Source of the DNA: Candidatus Harrisonbacteria bacterium CG10_big_fil_rev_8_21_14_0_10_40_38
Lineage (GTDB): Bacteria > Patescibacteriota > Minisyncoccia > UBA6257 > 1-14-0-10-40-38
NCBI GenBank assembly: GCA_002773535.1
Contig: PFAZ01000001.1
Location: forward strand, 19,226-83,225
Direction: 5' to 3'
DNA: 64,000 bases
In this document: piece by piece, positions 9,738 through 19,996 of the stretch
How the letters are laid out: each line of letters opens with the position of its first letter
How positions within the stretch are numbered: position 1 is the first letter of the stretch
Position numbers and translations under genes: made by a program
Notes under the pieces: model-generated
Seen by the model: only the letters and a program-made list of their open reading frames with translations
Told to the model about the DNA's origin: nothing
Database searches by the model: none

Positions 9738-11591
9738 ATGTCAAAAATAATTGGAATCGATTTAGGAACTACATATTCAGCAGTCGCCGTAATGGAAGGC
9801 GATCAGCCAAGAATTTTAGAAAACAGCGAAGGCAATAGAACAATGCCTTCTATAGTCGCTCTGTCAAAATCAGGAGAACGCCTAGTAGGTCTTCTTGCAA
9901 AGCGACAGTCAGTAACAAATCCAAAAAACACTGTTTTCTCGGTAAAAAGATTTATCGGACGAAAGTGGACAGATGAAGAAGTCCAGCACGATAAAGCATG
10001 GTTATCTTATGATATTCAAGAAAGCTCATCCGGAGGTGTCGAGGTAAAAATGGGTGACAAGCTCTACAAACCGGAAGAAATCTCAGCAATGGTTCTCGCA
10101 AAAATAAAATCCGATGCTGAAATGCGTCTCGGTGAACCGGTTGAAGAAGCAGTCATTACAGTCCCTGCATACTTTGACGATGCCCAGAGGCAAGCGACAA
10201 AAAACGCGGGGGAGATCGCAGGCTTTAAGGTCAGGCGTATTTTACCAGAGCCTACAGCAGCCGCTCTCGCTTACGGGTTCAATAAAAAGAAAGATGAGCG
10301 AATCGTTGTATACGATTTTGGTGGTGGAACGTTTGACGTATCAGTGCTCGAAGTTGCAGAAGACACGATTGAGGTAAAAGCTATCGGTGGAGACACTCAT
10401 CTTGGCGGTGACGACTTTGACAAGCGTATTATCGAATATCTTGTAAAAGAATATAAACAAAGAGAAGGCGTAGATCTATCAGTTGATTCTCTTGCTATCC
10501 AGCGTCTAAAAGAAGCCGCAGAAAGATCAAAACACGAACTCTCAACCGCTCTTGAAGCAGAGATAAACATCCCATACATCACAGCCGATGCATCAGGCCC
10601 GAAACATTTCCTCATCAAGCTCACTAGGGCAAAGCTCGAGGAACTCGTCCACGACCTTATTGAAAAATCAATCACTCACTTAGATAAGACCATCAAAGAC
10701 GCTGGCTTCACCGTAAAAGAAATAAACGAGATCATCCTCGTAGGCGGACAAACCAGAATGCCTGCCATGCAGGAAGCTGTCGAAAAATATTTTGGCAAAA
10801 AACCCCACAGAGATATCAATCCTGATGAAGTAGTTGCCCTCGGCGCCGCCGTTCAGGGAGGTATTCTTCAGGGAGATGTAAAAGATATTCTTCTTTTAGA
10901 CGTCACACCTCTTTCACTCGGTATAGAAACGTTAGGTGGAATCTTCACAAAACTTATCGAAAAAAATACAACTATCCCGACATCAAAGTCTCAAGTATTT
11001 TCAACTGCAGCAGACAACCAGACATCAGTAGAAATTCACGTCCTGCAAGGAGAGCGTGAAATCGCATCAGGTAACAAAACTCTAGCGAGATTTATCCTCG
11101 ATGGAATTCCTCCAGCTCCACGCGGCATGCCTCAAGTAGAAGTAACATTCGACATTGATGCAAACGGTATTCTTTCCGTATCTGCAAAAGAGAAAAAAAC
11201 AGACAAAGTTCAATCAGTCAGGATCGAGGCAACAACTAGTCTTTCAAAAGAAGAAGTTGAGCGTCTCAAAAAAGAAGCTGCCGAAAAGGCAACCGAAGAC
11301 CATAAAAAGAGAGATCTTGTTGAAAGTAAAAACAATGCGGAACAGCTCATATACGTAACCGAAAAATCTCTCAAAGATGCGGGCGAAAAAGTCCCTGCAG
11401 ACGTCAAAGAATCAATCACAAAAAAAATCGAAAATCTAAAAACAGTGAAAGATTCTGAAGATGTGGAAAAAATAAAGTCAGCCGCGGGAGAGCTTTCAAC
11501 TGAAATACAAAAAATTGGCTCCTCAATGTATAACGAAAACAATGAAAACAAGGAAAATAAGCCAAACGATAATCAGGGAGCCGCAGAGTAA
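9738..11591 (+). CDS. dnaK: Chaperone DnaK (Hsp70)
   Basis: [18 protein letters not shown]..., [13 protein letters not shown], and full-length Hsp70 architecture. Confidence 0.96.
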   Translation: MSKIIGIDLGTTYSAVAVMEGDQPRILENSEGNRTMPSIVALSKSGERLVGLLAKRQSVTNPKNTVFSVKRFIGRKWTDEEVQHDKAWLSYDIQESSSGGVEVKMGDKLYKPEEISAMVLAKIKSDAEMRLGEPVEEAVITVPAYFDDAQRQATKNAGEIAGFKVRRILPEPTAAALAYGFNKKKDERIVVYDFGGGTFDVSVLEVAEDTIEVKAIGGDTHLGGDDFDKRIIEYLVKEYKQREGVDLSVDSLAIQRLKEAAERSKHELSTALEAEINIPYITADASGPKHFLIKLTRAKLEELVHDLIEKSITHLDKTIKDAGFTVKEINEIILVGGQTRMPAMQEAVEKYFGKKPHRDINPDEVVALGAAVQGGILQGDVKDILLLDVTPLSLGIETLGGIFTKLIEKNTTIPTSKSQVFSTAADNQTSVEIHVLQGEREIASGNKTLARFILDGIPPAPRGMPQVEVTFDIDANGILSVSAKEKKTDKVQSVRIEATTSLSKEEVERLKKEAAEKATEDHKKRDLVESKNNAEQLIYVTEKSLKDAGEKVPADVKESITKKIENLKTVKDSEDVEKIKSAAGELSTEIQKIGSSMYNENNENKENKPNDNQGAAE

Positions 11592-11661
11592 AAACTGAAG
11601 AAAACTTGACTAAGTGTATGTTCTCGAGCGACCATAGAATAAGTAGTTTTCGAAAAAATCA

Positions 11662-12594
11662 ATGAGTCTTTCAATTGCGAATAAAGCATTCCTAAAAGTA
11701 TCCGTATTTATAGAGGTATCTATAGTACTGGCAGCATTCTTTGGGTATGAAATAAGCCAGATCTTACAAACGCCATCCGTCAGCCATCTTATACTCCTCG
11801 CGGTTTCAACCCTGCTTTGGATATCATTTCTCTGTCTTCACGTTTATTTTGTCGACGAGTATCAAGCGGTGGCATTATCAGTCGGGTTTCAGGTTTTTGT
11901 AATATGGCTGTTTCTTGGAAACAAATTTTCCTTACTTACCTTTGTGAGTGTTCTCGTAATAGCGGGGTTTATGGCAAGTGCCATATTTCGCGGAAAGCTC
12001 GTTAGGGAAAACAGCCTAAGGATAAAGTTTATTAAAGTAGCCAGCCCGGTTGCGGCTACTATAATGACCGGGTTCGCGTTTTTCATCGCAATATACTTTG
12101 TAGGTACGCTAAATGTTCGTGATCTCATAATTCCAAAAAATGTATTCGAGTACACAGTAAAAAGCGTTGAAAAAATAGCATCAGCTCAGATCCCTGGTTT
12201 TGATATACAGGCGCCCTTTATCGACGCAGTCCGCTCTTATGTAAGAGTTCAAGCCCCGGAAGGTGTTCCAGAGAGCGCGATAGAAAAAGCCTCACAGGAA
12301 CTAATCCACAACCTTGAGCTAAAGACCGGCGCAAAGATAAATCCATCAGATAGGTTTGTAGACGCGCTCTATGGCATTACACTGGCAAAGATTGTCCAGC
12401 TGCCTGACAACTACAGAGTGCTAGGTCTTGCCATCATCGGTCTTTTGCTCTTTCTCACAATCAAAAGCGTTGCGTTTCTCATCACTTGGCTAGCAGTATT
12501 GACTGGGTTTGGTATTTATAAATTCTTAATAGCCCTAAATGTAATCAGCGTTAAAGTAGAAGCAACAAATCGCGAAATAGTAATCATAAACTAA
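11662..12594 (+). CDS. Polytopic membrane protein of unknown function inserted between dnaK and dnaJ
   Basis: A 310-aa ORF with multiple hydrophobic helices; no recognisable motif. Confidence 0.5.
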   Translation: MSLSIANKAFLKVSVFIEVSIVLAAFFGYEISQILQTPSVSHLILLAVSTLLWISFLCLHVYFVDEYQAVALSVGFQVFVIWLFLGNKFSLLTFVSVLVIAGFMASAIFRGKLVRENSLRIKFIKVASPVAATIMTGFAFFIAIYFVGTLNVRDLIIPKNVFEYTVKSVEKIASAQIPGFDIQAPFIDAVRSYVRVQAPEGVPESAIEKASQELIHNLELKTGAKINPSDRFVDALYGITLAKIVQLPDNYRVLGLAIIGLLLFLTIKSVAFLITWLAVLTGFGIYKFLIALNVISVKVEATNREIVIIN

Positions 12595-12599
12595 AAATC

Positions 12600-13700
12600 A
12601 TGTCAGACGATTATTACAAAATCCTCGGCGTCGAAAAAAGCGCTACCGAAGAGGAAATAAAAAAAGCATACAGGCGTCTCGCCCACAAATATCACCCCGA
12701 CAAAAAAGACGGGGATGAAGCAATGTTTAAAAAAATAAACGAAGCCTATCAGGTGCTCTCAAATAAAGAAAAGAGAAGTCAGTATGATAGATTCGGCAGA
12801 GTCTTTCAGGGTCAAAACGGAGCCGGAGGTTTTGATTGGAGAAATTTTAACGATGGTGGTTTTGAGTTCGGCTTTGACCCAAGCACATTTGAAGATCTCG
12901 GAAACATGGGCGATATCTTCGACGCGTTCTTCGAGGGTTTTGGCATGAAGCGAAAACGAAAAACCTACGAACGCGGTTCAGATCTTGAGCTTGTGCAAGA
13001 AATCACGCTTGAAGAAAGCTACAACGGAGCAACAAAGTCCGTCCGTTTTAATACACAAAAATCATGCGAAACCTGTTCAGGCGTAGGCCATGACCCCAAA
13101 GAAGGTTTCACTCCGTGCTCTGCCTGCGACAGCAGGGGAGAGATCCACGAAATGAGGAAGACTTTCTTTGGAAATTTTAGTCAGGTAAAAACATGCACCA
13201 AGTGCGCAGGCGCAGGAAAAATCCCAAATTCAATTTGTAAAAAATGTTCCGGCACCGGCCGCATAACCGGCGAGCAGTCAGTTGACCTAAAAATCGCTCC
13301 CGGTGTTGATGATGGCCAGCTTATTAAAGTTACAAAAGCCGGAGAAGCCGGCGTACACGGTTCTGAACCGGGTGACCTCTACGTAAGAATAAAAATAAAA
13401 CCCCATAAAAAATTCAAAAGAAGCGGGGAAGACTTAGTCATTACCGAGTCGGTAAATCTCGTGGATTTTCTTATCAATAGAAGTGTCGAAGTTGAAACAA
13501 TCTCCGGAAAAAATATAAAAGTTGAAATTCCTTCAGATTTTAATTTAGGCGATCAGCTAAGCGCATCAGGCGAGGGCATGCCCCGTCTCGGCGGTTTCGG
13601 CAAAGGACGCCTTCTCATAAACCTCGATATCAAAGTTCCTAAAAAACTTTCCGGAAAAGCAAAATCCCTCCTCGAAGACTTGAGAAGGGAATTGGAATAG
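12600..13700 (+). CDS. dnaJ: Chaperone DnaJ (J domain, G/F region, four CxxCxGxG zinc fingers)
   Basis: [64 protein letters not shown]. Confidence 0.95.
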   Translation: MSDDYYKILGVEKSATEEEIKKAYRRLAHKYHPDKKDGDEAMFKKINEAYQVLSNKEKRSQYDRFGRVFQGQNGAGGFDWRNFNDGGFEFGFDPSTFEDLGNMGDIFDAFFEGFGMKRKRKTYERGSDLELVQEITLEESYNGATKSVRFNTQKSCETCSGVGHDPKEGFTPCSACDSRGEIHEMRKTFFGNFSQVKTCTKCAGAGKIPNSICKKCSGTGRITGEQSVDLKIAPGVDDGQLIKVTKAGEAGVHGSEPGDLYVRIKIKPHKKFKRSGEDLVITESVNLVDFLINRSVEVETISGKNIKVEIPSDFNLGDQLSASGEGMPRLGGFGKGRLLINLDIKVPKKLSGKAKSLLEDLRRELE

Positions 13701-13823
13701 ACTAAGTAAAAAATATTTTGCAAATAAAAAACCCCAAAGCGAAATAAAAATTTCACAAGGGGTTTTTTAGAAATCTTTCAGATTTGATCTAGGCAGTTCT
13801 ATTTGCTCAATTTCTTCAATCAT

Positions 13824-14528
13824 TTATTGATTAGTTCTAAAGCTACTTGGCCAAATCATGCTCATGTTCCCAACATTATCAACTCCTCGTACGAGGTAAT
13901 AATATGTGGTATTTGCTTGAAGGTTTGAAACTGTAACCGTGTGGCTAGTTTGCAAACCGCCTGCATCAAGAGCCAAGTTTCCGCTTACATACGGCTGTTG
14001 GCGAGGTCCAGTAGCTTCGTTAAATTGAAGCGGGACGTTACTCAAATATACTTGCCCTTGAGTAGGCTCATTACTGGTCCACACGAAAGTCGCATTTGTG
14101 TCTGTTTTCTGAACCGTAGGAGTACTCAAGATGGGTGAAGTATCCCACGCTGTCTGGTCTCCGCCTGAACCTAATAGGATATTAATTCTCGCCATTGTTT
14201 GTGGTCCAACACGACCGTAACCAGTTGTCGCCGGTGTTCCTTCAGAAATAATTCCCTGTGCTGTTTGAAATCTTTCGACAGCAGCTTTAGTAAGCTGGCC
14301 AAAATATCCGGTAACCAGTCCTTCAGGGTAGATATTTGCATTTGTCGCAAGATATGTCTGAAGTTCGGTAACTTCAGAATCACGATCGCCAAGATCTAAT
14401 TGAGTGGTGATAGCGGCATATGCATTTTGAATTCCCAAGAGGGATAAGACAAGTACCGCAACCATCGTTCCTCTAAATAGAAGACTCGAACGTGATGTAG
14501 TCTTTTTTAGATGTATTGTTTTTTTCAT
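13824..14528 (-). CDS. Secreted protein: signal peptide, PG-binding domain, C-terminal FN3/purple-acid-phosphatase-N-like beta domain
   Basis: N-terminal signal peptide MKKTIHLKK...VAVLVLSLLGIQNAYA; VTELQTYLATN..GLVTGYFGQLTKAAVERFQ matches the PG-binding domain; C-terminal TNATFVWTSNEPTQGQV...TTYYYLVRGVDN. Confidence 0.6.
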   Translation of the reverse strand: MKKTIHLKKTTSRSSLLFRGTMVAVLVLSLLGIQNAYAAITTQLDLGDRDSEVTELQTYLATNANIYPEGLVTGYFGQLTKAAVERFQTAQGIISEGTPATTGYGRVGPQTMARINILLGSGGDQTAWDTSPILSTPTVQKTDTNATFVWTSNEPTQGQVYLSNVPLQFNEATGPRQQPYVSGNLALDAGGLQTSHTVTVSNLQANTTYYYLVRGVDNVGNMSMIWPSSFRTNQ

Positions 14529-14650
14529 TTTATTTTTGATGAATTTTAGAGATTATCTAGATATTAACACAACCGACCTTTATTTTATGCAGATGAACTT
14601 TGTGCTTAATCCCTATACACGATGCCGACTGAAGCACTCTTCCATTACAA

Positions 14651-15295
14651 TCATTCACTTTTATTAGTTTTTGGTTGTGTTTTAATTTCATCAATCTCTT
14701 TCTCCAGTTTTTTAATATAGCTTTCAAGTTTCTCGATGCGATCTCCCGTTTTCGCCTCAAATTGTTTTGTATGATGACTAAGCATTTCGGCTACACTCAT
14801 CATTTCTGTAACATCTTCCATTGCCAGTAGTATGATTGGTGGAAAATCAGCATCCTCTTTAACATAAATTTGACGAGCGTTTAAAATCATAACCTTGTAG
14901 CCGATTGACGGAAATTCATGAGCAACCTCAAATCCTTTAAAGAAAATATTATTCGGCAAAATATCCTCAAGTAGTTTTCTGAGATCGGGAATATTCCACT
15001 GACCATTTCCTAATTCATATACAATTTTTCCTTCGGTATCTTCAGGATTAACCTGAAACACTTTATAAAAAGACTCATTAGCCGCCATTATGCAAAAATT
15101 CTTATCAAGTATTAAAACCGGTTCATGCACAACATCAACTACAGTTTCTATATATGTCCAGCTTTTTTCCCAAAAATTATCTACAAAACTAGCCCCAATC
15201 TTAACAGGTGCTGTTTTTATGATATTTTTATTTTTTCCATAATTTTTAGTACAGTTTTTATTATTGATTTTTTTCAATAGAGAATCAGGAATCAC
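14651..15295 (-). CDS. Stand-alone PAS-domain protein with C-terminal coiled coil
   Basis: PAS-like core PVLILDKNFCIMAANESFYKVF...GKIVYEL...GFEVAHEF...YKVMILNARQIY. Confidence 0.5.
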   Translation of the reverse strand: MIPDSLLKKINNKNCTKNYGKNKNIIKTAPVKIGASFVDNFWEKSWTYIETVVDVVHEPVLILDKNFCIMAANESFYKVFQVNPEDTEGKIVYELGNGQWNIPDLRKLLEDILPNNIFFKGFEVAHEFPSIGYKVMILNARQIYVKEDADFPPIILLAMEDVTEMMSVAEMLSHHTKQFEAKTGDRIEKLESYIKKLEKEIDEIKTQPKTNKSE

Positions 15296-15329
15296 ATAAG
15301 TGAAAAACTGGGATGATTAAATTTCAGTA

Positions 15330-15695
15330 TTACTCGCTATGTCTATCCTGTTCATCCAGTTTTGCTGCAGCTTCCGGAGTTGATACCGTTTTACTTATCA
15401 AAAGTAATTTAACAATCGCGAAAGCAATCATCCAATACACCAACATCGCCAAAAGAGTCGCCCATTCAAAGACGCTGTCATGTAAAGCAGTCTTTGGGAA
15501 GACCGCAATAAAAGGAGCGGTAAATGGCCACGTGGAAATATAAATGAAATTTGTAAATCCCGCTTCAGGATTTGCTCCCATTAGCTTGAATATGAAACGG
15601 AATGCGAGCAATGCCTCGAGAAGCGAAAAAAAATACCAGACAATTTGTGTGCCTCTAAATAACGGTTTTGTGGTTGGAGAGTTATATGAGTCCAT
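15330..15695 (-). CDS. YggT-like small membrane protein
   Basis: Two TM helices with NP..GFTNFIYISTWPFTAPF..., resembling the YggT family. Confidence 0.45.
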   Translation of the reverse strand: MDSYNSPTTKPLFRGTQIVWYFFSLLEALLAFRFIFKLMGANPEAGFTNFIYISTWPFTAPFIAVFPKTALHDSVFEWATLLAMLVYWMIAFAIVKLLLISKTVSTPEAAAKLDEQDRHSE

Positions 15696-15718
15696 GATTT
15701 AAATTTTTAAAAAATATT

Positions 15719-15967
15719 TTAGCGCCGCACCACTTTTACTATTGCAATAAATAAACACGCTCCAAGTAATGCAACTAGAAAACTATAAATATTAAATCCA
15801 CCAATACCACTTTTTCCAAAAAAACTCATCAACCATCCGCCAATAACTGCTCCCACTATACCAACTATGATATTGAAGATCGCCCCTTGTTCGGCATCGG
15901 TGTTCATAATCAAAGAGGCGATCCAACCGACTAATGCTCCGAATATAATCCATAAAATAATTCCCAT
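15719..15967 (-). CDS. GlsB/YeaQ/YmgE family stress-response membrane protein
   Basis: MGIILWIIFGALVGWIASLIM...GIVGAVIGGWL is the characteristic transglycosylase-associated-protein motif. Confidence 0.7.
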   Translation of the reverse strand: MGIILWIIFGALVGWIASLIMNTDAEQGAIFNIIVGIVGAVIGGWLMSFFGKSGIGGFNIYSFLVALLGACLFIAIVKVVRR

Positions 15968-16335
15968 GAGTTTGTGTTTGTGTATTAGTACTTTAGTATA
16001 AGTATAGATTTATTTTTATTGATCAATATGGGATTTGTATGGACGATATTGATGCCGTTTTGATCGAATGAATATTACACGCTTTTAAAATTTACTTATT
16101 TTACCTACATAAACATTAAATGTATCCGTTGCCAAAACTCGCTCTAAAAAGTATAAAATGCTACAGTTGAAACTCGAGTACATCCTCATTGATTTAGGTG
16201 TTGTTGTAATCTTTCCGTAATAAAACTGGTTTTAGTTAAATGCGTATTGGTATTTAAACTATGACTATCTCTAAACATCACAAAATTTCTGTAATAATCA
16301 TGTAATTAAAAGACCTCTTACTCGGCTACATATAT

Positions 16336-16851
16336 ATGACAACCCCAACACAGAAAACTGAGCAAGAAGAATTATTGACTTCAGCTCACCAAGACTATGA
16401 AAAAGGCATGAATTCATATGCTAATTTCAAAGTACACAACAACGCAACCGGCAAAGATTTGGTTCAGGATACTTTTATAAAAGCTTGGGCATATCTTGTA
16501 AAATGGGGAAAAGTCGATTTGATGAAATCATTTTTATACCACATTTTAAATCAGCTGATTATTGATGAGTATCGTAGACGTAAAACATCTTCGCTCGATG
16601 TTCTTCGCGAAAAAGGTTTTGAACCGAGTTTTGATCATACAAAAAGCATGGTAAACACTTTTGATGGCAAAAAAGCCATACTCCTGATTCAGCACCTCCC
16701 GGAAAAATACAATAAAATTATGCACATGAGATACACACAAGATCTCTCCATTAAAGAAATAGCGCTTATCACGGGACAGTCTAGAAACGCCGTCGCCGTG
16801 CAAGCATATCGAGGCCTAAAAAAACTTAGAGAATTATATAATCATATATAA
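16336..16851 (+). CDS. ECF-type RNA polymerase sigma factor (sigma-70 regions 2 and 4)
   Basis: DLVQDTFIKAWAYL (region 2) and LSIKEIALITGQSRNAVAVQAYRGLKKLR (region 4 helix-turn-helix). Confidence 0.8.
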   Translation: MTTPTQKTEQEELLTSAHQDYEKGMNSYANFKVHNNATGKDLVQDTFIKAWAYLVKWGKVDLMKSFLYHILNQLIIDEYRRRKTSSLDVLREKGFEPSFDHTKSMVNTFDGKKAILLIQHLPEKYNKIMHMRYTQDLSIKEIALITGQSRNAVAVQAYRGLKKLRELYNHI

Positions 16852-17043
16852 ACATGTTTTGGACAATCATTATCATTTTATCATTCTCTGGATTCTCGGA
16901 TTTAGTTTCAAAATTGGAGGAAATTTAATCCACGCATTACTTGTTATTGCGCTCATTATATTTATCATCCAACTCGTAACTTGAACAAACCCAATTAGTT
17001 CCCCCATTACTCGGTTCCAAAAAGGAAAACGTAAACAATAAAA

Positions 17044-17072
17044 ATACCCGCCATATAGCGGGTATTTTTATT
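17044..17072. terminator. Bidirectional intrinsic terminator (terminates tRNA-Lys on the - strand)
   Basis: atacccgc-catata-gcgggtat stem-loop flanked by an A-run and a T-run. Confidence 0.65.
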
Positions 17073-17077
17073 GTTTG

Positions 17078-17148
17078 TGCCCCCACATGGAATCGAACCA
17101 TGATCAACTGCTTAAAAGGCAGCTGCTTTGCCACTAAGCTATGGGGGC
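17078..17148 (-). tRNA. tRNA-Lys (anticodon UUU), 71 nt, no encoded CCA
   Basis: The reverse complement folds as GCCCCCA-TA-GCTT-AGTGGCA-AAGC-A-GCTGC-CTTTTAA-GCAGT-TGAT-CATGG-TTCGATT-CCATG-TGGGGGC-A, a canonical cloverleaf with a TTCGA T-loop. Confidence 0.85.
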
Positions 17149-17397
17149 ATTAAAATCCTCGATAAGCTTCCTTACTGTAATGCCTCCTTTCTGTTTTTTC
17201 AACCATTTTTCATATCTTAAGTCAGATTGCCCATCTCTAAATTCTTTTTGAAAAATAAGAATTAATGGAATTCGATATCTTGTAGAAATATTTTTACCGG
17301 AATTATGCTCCTCAATTCTTTTTTTAACGTTTGAAGTCGAGCCAACATATCTCCTTCCATCCTTGCTACTTTTTAATATGTAAACAAAGTGCGGCAT
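17134..17397 (-). CDS. Small GIY-YIG nuclease-domain protein (87 aa)
   Basis: FVYILKSSKDGRRYVGSTSNVKKRIEEHNSG is the GIY-YIG motif; the last four codons overlap the 5' end of tRNA-Lys. Confidence 0.8.
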   Translation of the reverse strand: MPHFVYILKSSKDGRRYVGSTSNVKKRIEEHNSGKNISTRYRIPLILIFQKEFRDGQSDLRYEKWLKKQKGGITVRKLIEDFNAPIA

Positions 17398-17426
17398 ATC
17401 AACTACCTATTTTCTATCTCAAGGAA

Positions 17427-17480
17427 TTTGCCACTAAGTCCCGCGAAGCGGGATCCCGCCCTGCGGCGATTATGGGGGCA
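17427..17480. repeat. Duplicated 5' fragment of the tRNA-Lys gene (12 + 10 nt) interrupted by a 32-nt hairpin-forming insert
   Basis: tttgccactaag + [tcccgcgaagcgggatcccgccctgcggcgat] + tatgggggca matches 17127..17138 and 17140..17149 of the intact tRNA. Confidence 0.65.
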
Positions 17481-17573
17481 AAGGTATAAAAACTTTAACC
17501 TGTTCTTAAAATTTTTTCAAATTTCTCGTTACATTCTCCTTGTCGCTTTTGGCATCAAACATCAAAAAGAATC

Positions 17574-17608
17574 CTTAATTCATAATTCATAATTCTTAAT
17601 TCTCTTAA
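17574..17608 (+). repeat. CATAATT-family heptamer tandem array (5 units), upstream of secD
   Basis: The units are cttaatt cataatt cataatt cttaatt ctcttaa. Confidence 0.7.
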
Positions 17609-17660
17609 AAACAATTGCTTTTTTATCAATTTTTGTATAAGCTATTCCCATTCTTAGTAT

Positions 17661-18911
17661 ATGGAAAAACACACGGGTATCCTTCTACTGATTTTAGCTA
17701 TTTCCGTTTTTGGGGCAGTGTTCATCGTCCCGAAACAGTTTGGCGCAGATGTCCTTCCATGGCGTTTGGGGCTCGATCTTGTTGGCGGAGTACATCTTGT
17801 ATACGAAGTTGATATGACTTCAGTCTCGGAGGCTGACAGAGATTCAGTTCATGAAGGCTTAAGAGATGTTATAGCCAAACGCGTTGAAAGAGGAGACAGT
17901 CTTTTGGGTGTAACAGAAGCGCAAGTAGTAACCGCAAAGAGCGGAGACGCATATCGCCTCATCGTTGATCTTCCGGGTGAAAAAGATATAGACGCCGCAG
18001 TAAAAAAGATCGGCGAAACTCCATTTTTATATTTTGCTGAAGTTTCTACCGAAGAAACCGGCACAAGTACTCCAGTAGATATTTTATATACACCCACAGA
18101 ATTAACCGGAAGATACATATCGAGGGCAGAGTTGGTATTAGACCAGTTTTCTGGCAAACCGGTTATCAGTTTGGTCTTCAACGACGAGGGCGCCACAATT
18201 TTTGAAAATTTAACCGAACGCAATGTCGGCAGACAACTCGCAGTATTCGTCGATGACAATGTTATAACAGCGCCGGTTGTACAGGAAAAGATTACCGGAG
18301 GCAGGGCCCAGATTACAGGCGACTTTACCAGAGAAGAGGCGAGTCTCCTCGTCTCCCGTTTTGATGCAGGTGCGCTTTCTGCGCCAATCAGTCGTGTCAG
18401 TCAACAAACAATCGGCGCCACACTAGGCACAGACTCTTTAAAAAGAGTTGTTAAAGCCGGAGCGATCGGCACGGGGTTGGTCATGCTCTTCATGCTTGTC
18501 TATTACAGAAAGTTCGGCATCTTTTCAGCCTGCGCCCTTATCGTATATACAATAATCACTCTTACGATCTTCAAACTTTTCGGCATCACAATGACACTCG
18601 CTGGCGTCGCAGGTTTCATACTCTCGATAGGTATGGCGGTGGACGCAAACATTCTTATATTCGAGCGAAGCAAGGAAGAAATGAAGCGAGGCCTCTCTGC
18701 TATGTCTGCAGTCGAAGAAGGTTTTAAGCGCGCATGGCTCTCAATAAGAGACTCAAACATTTCAACTATCATAACTTCGGTTATTCTCTATTACGCAACA
18801 ACGGGTTTTATAAAAGGTTTTGCTCTCGCCCTCCTTATCGGTGTTTTGGTTTCAATGTTTAGCGCCATAACAGTCACAAGAACATTTCTGCGTGTTTTTA
18901 TAAAAAAATGA
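17661..18911 (+). CDS. secD: Protein translocase subunit SecD
   Basis: N-terminal TM, LDLVGGVHLVYEVD, and a C-terminal 6-TM SecD/F domain. Confidence 0.9.
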   Translation: MEKHTGILLLILAISVFGAVFIVPKQFGADVLPWRLGLDLVGGVHLVYEVDMTSVSEADRDSVHEGLRDVIAKRVERGDSLLGVTEAQVVTAKSGDAYRLIVDLPGEKDIDAAVKKIGETPFLYFAEVSTEETGTSTPVDILYTPTELTGRYISRAELVLDQFSGKPVISLVFNDEGATIFENLTERNVGRQLAVFVDDNVITAPVVQEKITGGRAQITGDFTREEASLLVSRFDAGALSAPISRVSQQTIGATLGTDSLKRVVKAGAIGTGLVMLFMLVYYRKFGIFSACALIVYTIITLTIFKLFGITMTLAGVAGFILSIGMAVDANILIFERSKEEMKRGLSAMSAVEEGFKRAWLSIRDSNISTIITSVILYYATTGFIKGFALALLIGVLVSMFSAITVTRTFLRVFIKK

Positions 18912-18959
18912 ATACCAAAATTTTTATTTTTGATTTTTTAATTTTAAATTAATTTCATT

Positions 18960-19847
18960 ATGAACATCATAGGAAACAAATGGATATTTTTAGGAATCTC
19001 ATCCGCACTCGTTCTTGCGAGTATCGGCTCTATTATGCTCTACGGATTTAAACCGGGAATAGATTTTTCCGGAGGAACCTTGTGGCAGATAAAATTTGAA
19101 ACAGAACCGACAGTAGGCGATCTGGCAACATTCTTTACTGAAAAAACAGATGTTGAAAATCCGATCATAACAACCGAAAAAGAAACCGAGAGTTATCTCA
19201 TTCGCATAAAGGAAATAGATGAAACAGATCACTCAAGTATACTGTCAGGGCTAAAAGAATCATTTGGTAATCTCGAAGAACTTCGATTTGATTCAATCGG
19301 AGCCTCGATCGGCAATGAGCTTAAAAACAAAGCCATTACCGCCTTTATCGCAGTACTCGTCGGTATATCGCTCTATATCGCTTTTGCATTTAGAAAAGTC
19401 TCAAGGCCGGTAAGCTCATGGAAATACGGCACTATCACACTGATCACCCTTTTTCACGATGCGCTCATTCCAGCGGGTATCATGGCCCTTTTAGGTCACT
19501 TCAAAGGAATCGAGGTTGATACAAACTTTATTGTCGCCCTTCTCGTAGTCATGGGTTTTTCGGTTCATGACACAATTGTTGTATTCGACAGGATCAGAGA
19601 GCACCTAAGAGGGGACAGTGGCAGAACAAATTTTGACACTCTCGTAAACGAAAGTGTAAATGAGACAATCGCAAGATCAATAAATACATCTTTCACACTT
19701 ATCCTTGTGCTCATTGCCCTATATTTCTTCGGAGCCCCAACTCTCAAATATTTCATATTGACCATGTTAGTTGGAACCGCAGTAGGTACATATTCTTCAA
19801 TTTTTGTTGCCAGCCCGATCCTCACATTATGGAGGAAAAAGGCCTAA
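18960..19847 (+). CDS. secF: Protein translocase subunit SecF
   Basis: IDFSGGTLWQIKF..., HDALIPAGIMALLG..., SVHDTIVVFDRIRE. Confidence 0.9.
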   Translation: MNIIGNKWIFLGISSALVLASIGSIMLYGFKPGIDFSGGTLWQIKFETEPTVGDLATFFTEKTDVENPIITTEKETESYLIRIKEIDETDHSSILSGLKESFGNLEELRFDSIGASIGNELKNKAITAFIAVLVGISLYIAFAFRKVSRPVSSWKYGTITLITLFHDALIPAGIMALLGHFKGIEVDTNFIVALLVVMGFSVHDTIVVFDRIREHLRGDSGRTNFDTLVNESVNETIARSINTSFTLILVLIALYFFGAPTLKYFILTMLVGTAVGTYSSIFVASPILTLWRKKA

Positions 19848-19996
19848 GGCTATTGCCAAATACACCTGAATAGTTTTATTATAATCTTATAAAAAATACA
19901 GGAAAATCAGTCAATACCCGGCAACCTATTGACATAAAAATATATAAATTGTACACTTATTACAAATATAAATTACCGCAAAAAACGGCAAAATAT

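Noticed and set aside
10114-10377. Internal + strand ORF inside dnaK
   Set aside because: It is an alternative frame within the strongly supported dnaK coding sequence.
11606-11645. TTGACT...TAGAAT promoter between dnaK and the membrane protein gene
   Set aside because: The spacer between the hexamers is 23 nt, outside the 16-19 nt window for sigma-70 promoters.
13727-13770. Terminator between dnaJ and the convergent PG-binding gene
   Set aside because: There is only a 4-bp GC stem (cccc/gggg) with mismatched flanks, despite a T6 run. It is too weak to call, though a bidirectional terminator is expected here.
16937-17134. 65-aa minus-strand ORF
   Set aside because: It overlaps the tRNA-Lys gene and its terminator. 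The tRNA cloverleaf is unambiguous.
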